Below the pieces are notes generated by a model. That model was not told where the DNA came from and searched no databases. It was given only the letters and a program-made list of their open reading frames with translations. A stretch of 64,000 bases of DNA, taken from assembly GCA_041660885.1 (NCBI GenBank), contig JBAZVM010000002.1, forward strand, positions 14,025-78,024. Reading direction: 5' to 3'. Source of the DNA: Patescibacteria group bacterium. Its GTDB lineage: Bacteria > Patescibacteriota > Patescibacteriia > UBA9570 > JAHJKD01. The translations under genes and the position numbers were made by a program. This document shows positions 54,266 through 62,890 of the stretch, piece by piece (the stretch's first letter is position 1; each line of letters starts with the position of its first letter).

Positions 54266-57200
54266 CTAAAAACTGGCAGTCATGATATAAGTTATACTTG
54301 TGGTATACTCTCCGGCTGGAGTTGTATCTTCAATATTACTTATATAATACGCTGATATTTCTTCCGAGTCTGTAGCCGCTGCTTCGGAAAACAGCGTGGT
54401 AAGGTTATTTACCTCAAATTTATAATCGGCCGGAGTTGCCGCGTCATAGCCTGAAGCTATAGTTGCGTCTCCCGCGGTAGTAATGCCTAAAGCGAATTGA
54501 GATTGTCCAAAGTCGCCATTATCGTCTCCGGTAATAGTAGCCGCGGAAATAGATCCAGCTGAGCTTGTTAAAGTATCGCCATAGTAAGTAACATTGTATC
54601 CATTTTCCGCGCTGGTATACACGGTTAAAGTATGAGCCGGTGTTTTACTGTCTGAACCACTAGTACCAGTAGCGTATCTGGCATTAGCCGCGGTTAATGA
54701 GCCAAAGCCGATGGTGGTGTCTGATATATCAAAAGAGAGGAAAGCAAAATTCCAGCAATCGTTTCCCGTCGAATCTAAATTGCTAATGTGCGTGGCATCA
54801 ATATCCGGCGCCACGGCGCAAGCATATGAATCTTTAGCATCGGTATAATATACGCTTCTGGTGCCGGCGACATTTAAATTCCAGACAGAGCCGGCAGATG
54901 AACTTCTTAAGCTCACGAGAGAATCAATATCTTGTCCGTTTAAATTGATATTTTGGAAAGTAAAATCACCTGCGGCTAAAAAGCGTAATTTTGAATTAGG
55001 GGTTATATCAGTAAAATTCCTTGTCACTGCCGTACTGTCTGAAAAAATCACAGAGGGATCAGTTTGCGGATTTGTACCGAAACTATTAGTAACAGTTAAA
55101 TCATAGAATGCATTTATTCCGGTTAAAGTACCTGATACGGTTTGTTGGCTATCGCCATCGAGAGTGACCAGGCTAGAATTGGCTACAAATTTATCACCGG
55201 TTATCCAATTACCCGCTACATTAATACTATTGCTTTCTCCAGCTAAGGTGTCGAGCGTTCCGGAAGATATATTCAAAGTTCCATTAACATCCAAAGCATC
55301 TTCCACTTCAACTGTTAAGTAATGATAAATTGTTAAATTGTATAGAGAAAAACTGCCATCTGTAATAATTTGGTCGTTGTCTTCGTCTCTCCCGTCCATA
55401 ATTATCGTGGATTGATCGGCATTAAATGTGGCGCCGGAATTAATAGTCAAGTCTCCGGCATTATTGATTTGCGTCTCATTTGTTTCCACATCATCCGTGG
55501 CATCTAGTGTTCCAGAAACACTAATGCCACCAATATCAACATCTATATCAAAGCCATTTGTATATAAAGCGTTAGTGCTATTAACGGTAAGAGATTTAGC
55601 AGTAATATCCGTGCCTAAATCAACGGTATCTGAAGATCCGCCAATTTGTAAATAACCCATATTAGTAGCTCCATGGTTATCGAGATATGTTAAATTTCCA
55701 TCAAATATCGTCGCGGTACTATTGGCATAATTATATATGCCATCTATGGTGATATCGCCGCCTATATTAGTATTGTAAGCTCCCATAGCCGCAAACAAAC
55801 CGTCGGTTTCCACATGAAAAACGCCGTCCACATTCACAGAATCATACGCATAAAAAGACTGATCTGATACCGTGAAATCATTACTAACTATAAATGGATC
55901 ATAACAAGAAACGCCTCCCGCGGCTAGTTGAAAATTATAAAAGGTTTGGCTGTTTGTATTTAAACTTGCCGACAAACCATTATACATTATAAAAGTATTG
56001 CCCGTTGTGGCCGTATAAGTGCCGTTGCTGAAATTTACATCTCCTTCTACGGTCCAAACATTATTGCCGGATACGATAATTTCCGAAGCGGAACCTGTTC
56101 CTACAAAATCCAGATTTCCAGTGATATTCACCACGGGATTATTGGCAGCTCCCGTAACAGCAAGGTCGCCGGGCGCAGCGCCGTCGTCGTCAATGTAAAA
56201 CGCACCGCCAAAATCATAGGTGCCGCTCGCAAAGGTAACAGACCGAGCCGTCGAAGAGCTGGAAAAAAATCTTACCTGGTCGCCATACAATCGCGCATCA
56301 AAAGTAGTGTCGGCAATATCGCCGTCAGTGGCGTCATAATACACATAAGAACTTAAAGTGCCAGTGGCGCCAGGTCCGGATGAAGTATCAGTAAATCGTA
56401 ATATGCCGGTGGTTTCATGTTCAATAGTGCCATTTAGAGTTAATGTGCCGGGGGCATCAATTATAACTCCATTATTAATATAAAAATGATCATTAGCTTC
56501 AACGGTTAATACATTGGAAACTGTTAAGTCTTCTCGGCCGTAAATGGTTCCGGGAGAAGAGGGATTAATTACCAAATTATATAAAGTACCTCCTCCTCCA
56601 TAAATATTCCCGTTGGTACTGGTCATGATAACGTTGTAAGTGCCTGCCACCAAATCACTGGTCATATCCAAATTTTTTGCAATCACAATATTAGAAGCAA
56701 GAGTCGGTACGCCGCTCAAGTTCAATATATAAAAAGTGATCGACGGAGAGGTTCCACCTCCAATATTACCGGTGCCAGAAACAGTTACCGTAGGCGTGCC
56801 GGTATAGGTGACGGTGCAATTAGTGCCCACGGTACCAATAGTGCCTCCGGCTACTGATAAATTTTCCCCTATACTTAGAGTTGTATTTGTTCCTCCACCG
56901 ATAATGGCGATATCATTACCAATGGCAGAGCTGCCTTCATCTATGTATGCGGTTGAATCTTGATCAAGAACCAAATCTCCTGATGTGCTACCTGTAGTGG
57001 TGACAGTGCCATTGGGATCAAAAATATCTCCTTGCCAGACATTTAATTTTTTATCGGAATTAACGGTTATTGTATCGGTCGTATCATCAACTGCGTCAAA
57101 CAACATGTCCGTTGCATTAGTCGTATCATCGTAAGCATCTAAATCTGTGATATTAACAGTGCCGTCATTTTCATCGCCAATTATAACGCGATCAATTATC

Positions 57201-60200
57201 ATTCTCATATCCGAATCAATTGTTCCGTCGGAAACATAAACGCGATTAGCTTTATCCGTAGAATTAGAGTTTAAATATATCGCGATAGTTTGACCGGCCG
57301 TGGCCGTTACCGCGTCAAAAGTAAAAGTGGCATCGGTATCGGAACAACTGGTTGTCGTCTCCGCCCCTCCATCGACTCTCAAAGAAAGGACAGCGGTTGC
57401 ACCATCGCAAGGACCGCCATTAGCATCCGTAGCGTCCGTTTCATTATCGGCTAACCAAACTTTTCCAGTTAACGGCCATGCGGAATCGTCCCATCTTATA
57501 TAGCCGGGATTAGCTTCGTTGACTCCTTCAAAGCCGTCATAAGCTTCTCCGTCAAAACTTCCTGAAGAAGAATTAAAATCCCAATAACCCACATCAGCAT
57601 GATCCTCTAAGTTAACATTAAAATCCGCTTCGGAATTAGTATTATCAAATATTACCCCGGTCCATGTTTTTTCGTCGCTACCGATTGCGTTTTTTAAATA
57701 GATCAAAGAATTATCAGTGGCCGCGGTACTATCCAAATTATCAAAAGAACAATAATCCATATTCATAACTGAAACTCCTTGTTCAATGTATAAACCGCGC
57801 GGTCCATCCATGTGGTCAAAGTCCGTATAACTAAATTCTATGGCAGAACCACCATAAGCAAACATGCCATAACCGTCGGTTCCGCTAATATTATCTACGG
57901 TCGTGCGATGGTCGCTTGTACCAGTAGCCATTATTTCTTCCCCTGACCCAACTTTTACACTGCCAGCCGAATCAACGCGCACATCCACTTGCCGCTCGCT
58001 GCCGCCAGATAAATCCGTACCGTCAAAATCCGTGGCATAACTCCAATTATCGGTTGTTGCTACGTTATAATCACCATATATATATACGTCCCCATTTGTA
58101 TTGGCATGATCTTGCGAATATAAAGACCCGGTAGCATCAACGGTAAATGTTGAGGCCGTAGAATTCCATGAGCGAATATCCGTATTCGCGCCTATTTGCA
58201 GTGTTCCATATGTTTCCGGATCATTATTTTTACTGCCGACTGTATATGCTGTTCCTGAATTTAAATATAGTGTTCCGTCAGCCAAATCAGTAGCTCCTGT
58301 TTCTGCATCTTCAATAGCGTAAGCACCACCAACTTGTAATGTTCTGCCAGTATCTATATAAAAATCGGAAACATCGGTAATAGTCAGATCACTAGCCGTC
58401 TTCATATCGCTAGTTTGAATTGTCCAGCCGCCGGAACCGTTGTTGAATATAACTTTATAAAATGCGTGGTCCGTATCCGTTCCTCCCGCGTCTATCGTAT
58501 TGGCAGCATCACCGGCATCAAAAGTAATAGTACCGCTATTATGAGTAAGTATGCCGGCATTCGACCAGTTACCACCTACTGTAAAAGTACTGCTATTCGA
58601 TGCTAATAAAGTGCCGGTGGCTAAAATGGAAACATTTCCATCCACATTTAAAGTGGGATCATAAGTAGTACCATCCACGGAAACATCGTAAGTATCTCCT
58701 CCCATAGTTAAATTTCCGCTGACATTTATAGTTTGCGAAACATCCGAACCTAAAGTAAAAGTAGGGCTGCCTACGCCAGATGGAGCCAACTCCAAATCAT
58801 GATAAGTTTCATTTTCTATTTCCGTGGCCGCGGTACCGGTATAGGCCACTAAAGAATCGGAACCTTCAGTTAACGACCCTTCCACTAAAAACGGCATGCT
58901 GGCCGCTGTACCGGAACCGGTTACGCGCAAGGCATATCCGGAAGAACCTAAATCTAAAGTCTGCCCGGTGCGCACTCTTACTTTAGTCGCTTTAATTGAA
59001 GAACCAAGGGCTACTGTTTCTGAAGAACCGTAAATATCCACCGTGCCCATATTGGATTTCGTACTATTGCTGTCCGTCCAATTATTCGTACCCGTGCCGT
59101 CGAAAGTAAATACACCGGCAGTAGTGGTATAACTGCCGCTAGCGCCTAAGCTTAAATCATTACCCAAAGTTACATCGCTATTAATGGCGGAAAGCTCTCC
59201 GTAGGCGACGGTAAGATTATTATCCACATCCAGAGACGGATTAAAAGTCCAAGTCGCTGTTCCCGATCCCTCGCCACCGGTTAAATCGTAGAAAGAAGCA
59301 ACGGTCGCTCCGGTGGAATTTATAGTTTCGCTGCCGGAAGTGGCGGTCATTATTACGCTGGAAGTGCCTGCGGTAAAGACGGAGTTGTTGTCCCATGAAC
59401 CGGCCAATTTAAAAGTGTTGGCGTTGGCAGTAATTGTCCCGTTATTTTCCAAATCATGAGTAATTAAAGTTTCTCCGTCTGATGCGTCGGGTTGATAGGT
59501 ATTGCCGGTTAAAATATATAATTCTTCTTGCGTGGAATTGCCCGCGGGAGAATCTATAGTAAGAGTTGAAGTGCCGCCATCATATTCAAAAATAATATCT
59601 TCATCATTAGTGGAGGCGGAATAATCGTAGTTGGAAATATTGGCATTGGTAATGGTTTGGTAATCATTACTGCCCAGAGTGACATGTTCTTCCATTAGTT
59701 TATAGCCATAGCTGTTTCCGGAATTATCATATTTAGAAATAGCGCTAGCTTCATTGGCATCAGCTACGCCATCAATAAAAATGGTTATCACATCTCCGGA
59801 AGAGGGCGCGGTTAAACCGGGAACAGTGAAAGTGCCATCTTTGGTTAAGCCTGTTTGCGCTTGTAAATTAGCGTTATAAGCCACTTTAACCGTTTGCGAA
59901 TCCGGACAAGCTGCAGACTGGTCGTAATCCAAACACTCCCCAGCCACATGAAAAACTGTACCAGCTTTATTAAAAGCAAAATCATAAGGCTTGGTAGGCA
60001 AAGCCGCGGTCGGTAAAACACCGGTGGAAAGATCGGTTTCAAACGCTCCCATGGTAGCAGATTGAGTCCATGTGCCATTGGCTACTCCATCCCATAGTTT
60101 CATTTCCGGCGCCATATCTAAAGTAGTTTCATTTTCAGCTATTAGCATAATTTTTGTTGACGATGGGTCAGGACGTAAGATTACGCCGGAGGTATTGCCT

Positions 60201-61198
60201 TTTAAAAAAGCTGTTGATAAACATGGGCCGGCGTTATCTTCAGCCAAATCCAAACCTGTCACCACTTCTATAGTTCCGGCTCCGCCTTCGGTTAAGGTGC
60301 ATTCCGTACCTCCATCGCTAATCGCTTGAAACTGGTTCGCGGATATATCGTAAACCATATAAGAAACAGTGGTATCACTAGCCACGGTCGCGCGTACGCC
60401 ATCACGCCAGGCGAATAACACTCGATCTGAAGAAGACCCCACTTCCCACGCTACATCCACGGCTTGCGCATAACCATTATTATTAATATCCGCATCTTCC
60501 GTAGGCGTGGCCACAGTAGTCCAATCCGATCCATTCCACATATCTACATTAACATCAGCTGAACTAGTAGAAACTGTATCAACGGTTATTAAACCAATAT
60601 AATCATTATTGGGGCTGCCTGCCGCCTGCAACCAAACCACAGCGGCACCTGGATTAACCGAGCCAGAGCCATTTGTCCATGTTCCTCCTGAATAAACAGA
60701 ATAATCCGTTGTCGTACTAATTCCCCATATTGTAAAGCCATCTCCGGAAGTTCCTTCCCAAGCGCTATCCGATGTTTGTTTAACCGTTGTCGCGGCAACA
60801 CCAGCGGCATCATGTAAAACAATATCATCCCAAGCCGAACCGGTCCAAACTGCGCCATACACTCCGTAATAAGTATAATTTTTCCAAGTCAAAATAATGC
60901 TGTCGCTGCCGTAATCAGAAGTTAATTCTATCCAAAGAGAAACATCGTTATTACCACCTTCAGCTACGCCTGAATAATCCAAGGATTGTTCATCGGACCA
61001 TTTCGCGCCATTCCAAGTACGATATTTTAAAGTTTGATTTGCGGTGGAAGTATCTTCATAAACTACTAACGCGTCTCCGGATGAATCTTCATACGCAACA
61101 TCAAATTCTCTATATACTCCGTAAGTCCACCAATATTGGTGGTAAAATCTCCGTTGGTTGGCGCGTTGGCTCCATCTATCCATGTGCTGCCATCCCAA
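54266..61198 (-). CDS. giant surface adhesin-like protein (2310 aa as called), probably the 3' part of a single frameshifted gene
   Basis: Uninterrupted ORF. The N-terminal ~410 aa repeat a module from the upstream ORF. The long Thr/Gly/Asn/Asp-rich beta-helix-like middle is followed by a C-terminal domain shared with 53097..54173. Confidence 0.7.
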   Translation of the reverse strand: MGWQHMDRWSQRANQRRFYHQYWWTYGVYREFDVAYEDSSGDALVVYEDTSTANQTLKYRTWNGAKWSDEQSLDYSGVAEGGNNDVSLWIELTSDYGSDSIILTWKNYTYYGVYGAVWTGSAWDDIVLHDAAGVAATTVKQTSDSAWEGTSGDGFTIWGISTTTDYSVYSGGTWTNGSGSVNPGAAVVWLQAAGSPNNDYIGLITVDTVSTSSADVNVDMWNGSDWTTVATPTEDADINNNGYAQAVDVAWEVGSSSDRVLFAWRDGVRATVASDTTVSYMVYDISANQFQAISDGGTECTLTEGGAGTIEVVTGLDLAEDNAGPCLSTAFLKGNTSGVILRPDPSSTKIMLIAENETTLDMAPEMKLWDGVANGTWTQSATMGAFETDLSTGVLPTAALPTKPYDFAFNKAGTVFHVAGECLDYDQSAACPDSQTVKVAYNANLQAQTGLTKDGTFTVPGLTAPSSGDVITIFIDGVADANEASAISKYDNSGNSYGYKLMEEHVTLGSNDYQTITNANISNYDYSASTNDEDIIFEYDGGTSTLTIDSPAGNSTQEELYILTGNTYQPDASDGETLITHDLENNGTITANANTFKLAGSWDNNSVFTAGTSSVIMTATSGSETINSTGATVASFYDLTGGEGSGTATWTFNPSLDVDNNLTVAYGELSAINSDVTLGNDLSLGASGSYTTTAGVFTFDGTGTNNWTDSNSTKSNMGTVDIYGSSETVALGSSIKATKVRVRTGQTLDLGSSGYALRVTGSGTAASMPFLVEGSLTEGSDSLVAYTGTAATEIENETYHDLELAPSGVGSPTFTLGSDVSQTINVSGNLTMGGDTYDVSVDGTTYDPTLNVDGNVSILATGTLLASNSSTFTVGGNWSNAGILTHNSGTITFDAGDAANTIDAGGTDTDHAFYKVIFNNGSGGWTIQTSDMKTASDLTITDVSDFYIDTGRTLQVGGAYAIEDAETGATDLADGTLYLNSGTAYTVGSKNNDPETYGTLQIGANTDIRSWNSTASTFTVDATGSLYSQDHANTNGDVYIYGDYNVATTDNWSYATDFDGTDLSGGSERQVDVRVDSAGSVKVGSGEEIMATGTSDHRTTVDNISGTDGYGMFAYGGSAIEFSYTDFDHMDGPRGLYIEQGVSVMNMDYCSFDNLDSTAATDNSLIYLKNAIGSDEKTWTGVIFDNTNSEADFNVNLEDHADVGYWDFNSSSGSFDGEAYDGFEGVNEANPGYIRWDDSAWPLTGKVWLADNETDATDANGGPCDGATAVLSLRVDGGAETTTSCSDTDATFTFDAVTATAGQTIAIYLNSNSTDKANRVYVSDGTIDSDMRMIIDRVIIGDENDGTVNITDLDAYDDTTNATDMLFDAVDDTTDTITVNSDKKLNVWQGDIFDPNGTVTTTGSTSGDLVLDQDSTAYIDEGSSAIGNDIAIIGGGTNTTLSIGENLSVAGGTIGTVGTNCTVTYTGTPTVTVSGTGNIGGGTSPSITFYILNLSGVPTLASNIVIAKNLDMTSDLVAGTYNVIMTSTNGNIYGGGGTLYNLVINPSSPGTIYGREDLTVSNVLTVEANDHFYINNGVIIDAPGTLTLNGTIEHETTGILRFTDTSSGPGATGTLSSYVYYDATDGDIADTTFDARLYGDQVRFFSSSSTARSVTFASGTYDFGGAFYIDDDGAAPGDLAVTGAANNPVVNITGNLDFVGTGSASEIIVSGNNVWTVEGDVNFSNGTYTATTGNTFIMYNGLSASLNTNSQTFYNFQLAAGGVSCYDPFIVSNDFTVSDQSFYAYDSVNVDGVFHVETDGLFAAMGAYNTNIGGDITIDGIYNYANSTATIFDGNLTYLDNHGATNMGYLQIGGSSDTVDLGTDITAKSLTVNSTNALYTNGFDIDVDIGGISVSGTLDATDDVETNETQINNAGDLTINSGATFNADQSTIIMDGRDEDNDQIITDGSFSLYNLTIYHYLTVEVEDALDVNGTLNISSGTLDTLAGESNSINVAGNWITGDKFVANSSLVTLDGDSQQTVSGTLTGINAFYDLTVTNSFGTNPQTDPSVIFSDSTAVTRNFTDITPNSKLRFLAAGDFTFQNINLNGQDIDSLVSLRSSSAGSVWNLNVAGTRSVYYTDAKDSYACAVAPDIDATHISNLDSTGNDCWNFAFLSFDISDTTIGFGSLTAANARYATGTSGSDSKTPAHTLTVYTSAENGYNVTYYGDTLTSSAGSISAATITGDDNGDFGQSQFALGITTAGDATIASGYDAATPADYKFEVNNLTTLFSEAAATDSEEISAYYISNIEDTTPAGEYTTSITYIMTASF

Positions 61199-62890
61199 AC
61201 TTGCAAATCCAAATGCCCCAAGCTGGTTTGAGAACCGCTGATATATTCTTCTCTGGTCGGGCAGGCTTCTATAATTTTATGAGTCGCTTCTTCATATCCG
61301 GTAACAGTCCCGGTGCCGGCATCTCCTTCGGCGCTATAATCCGTTCCCGCTGTCCAAGTTCTATAATGAGGATTAACCAAATTGGCGCCGTCCTCATGAT
61401 AAGCCAACAAACCCGTGCCATCAGCGGAATATTTTTTAAAAGCATGCGAGTAAGGCATAATAGCTATGGCGGCCGTGGCTAAAGTACCCGGAGAAGCATC
61501 AGTTTCTATGGCGCCCATAGTACCGGTTTGCGCAAGCCAAGTGGCATTATCCTCGCCTTGCCAATACATAGCCTCGGGCCGGACATCTAAAGTCAGTTCA
61601 TTCTGAGTTAAAACCATTAAACCGCGGCCGCTATAATCTTGAGTAATCTCCACGCCAGATGTATTTCCCACCATATAAGCTGATGTCAAACAAGGACCGC
61701 CGTTATCTTCGGCCAGATCCAAGCTGGTTACTGTTTCCGCATATCCCGCGTCTCCTTCGGTTATGGCGCATTCCGTGCCGCCATCGTCTATGGCTTGAAA
61801 AGCATTTGCGGAAATATCATAAACCATATAGGACAAAGCTGTTTCGCTGGCCACGGCCGCGCGTATGCCATCGCGCCAGGCAAATAATGCCCGATCGCTA
61901 GAACCGCCATATTCCCACTCTACATCCACGGCTTGTGCATAACCATTATTATTAATATCACCATCATCAGTCGGTGTAGTAACTGTGGTCCAATCCGAAC
62001 CATTCCACATATCTACGCCAACATCGGCAGTACTTGTGCTAACCACATCCGCATGTATCATGGCAATATAATTGTTATTCGGGCTGCCTGCCGCTTGCAA
62101 CCAAACCACGGCGCCGGCGGGATTTTTAGAGCCTGAGCCATTAGCCCATTCGCCAGCAATGTAAGTAGAATAATCCGTGGTCGTACCCGTGCCCCAAACA
62201 GCCATACCGTCTCCTGAAGTTCCTTCCCACGCGCAATCTATGGATTGTTTTGTGGAAGTGGGCACGCCGGCAGCGTCGTGCAACACAATATCATCCCAAG
62301 ATGACCCGTTCCAAACCGCCCCGTATATACCATATAAAGCATAATTTTTCCAAATTAACATGATGTTATCACTGCCATAATCAGGAACCAATTCTACCCA
62401 TATAGAGACATCATCAGTACCCGATTCAGCGACGCCGCTGAAATCTATAGTACCCTCAGCCGACCAAGTGCTGCCATTCCAAGTACGATACTTCAGCGTC
62501 TTATTAGCTGTTGCGCTGTCTTCATAAACAACTAAAGCGTCTCCCGTGGAATCCTCATAAGCAACATCAAAATTACGATAGTTGGCATAAGTAATATTTA
62601 AACCGGTGCCATTAAGCGAACCATTCGTGGCTGCTCCACTACCAATGGACCAGCTGCCGCCAGTAAACATTTGAGCTTGGATATTGCCGGTTTCATATTG
62701 TTCCACGCGCATATACTCATCGCGAGTAGGCGCGGCTTCCACTTGAACAAACCTTAAATCCGATCCGTTGCCGCCATCGTATGCTTGCATATTACTTTCC
62801 GAACTGACATCGCTGGGCGTCCAAGTTCTATAATGAGGGTTGGGCAAAGTATTGCTCATGTCTTCATCATAAACCAGCATGCCATTGCCA
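59960..62890 (-). repeat. tandem duplication of a ~1.47-kb (489-codon) module inside the giant gene
   Basis: ccaagttctataatgagg occurs at 61354 and 62821 (offset 1467). ccattattattaatatc occurs at 60474 and 61943 (offset 1469). The protein modules align (PHYRTWT...FDVAYEDS.GDALVVYED...). Confidence 0.75.

Noticed and set aside
61120-61150. Programmed -1 ribosomal frameshift joining the two giant ORFs
   Set aside because: No X-XXY-YYZ slippery heptamer or obvious downstream pseudoknot at the frame junction. The +2-nt difference relative to the sister repeat copy fits a mutation or assembly indel better.
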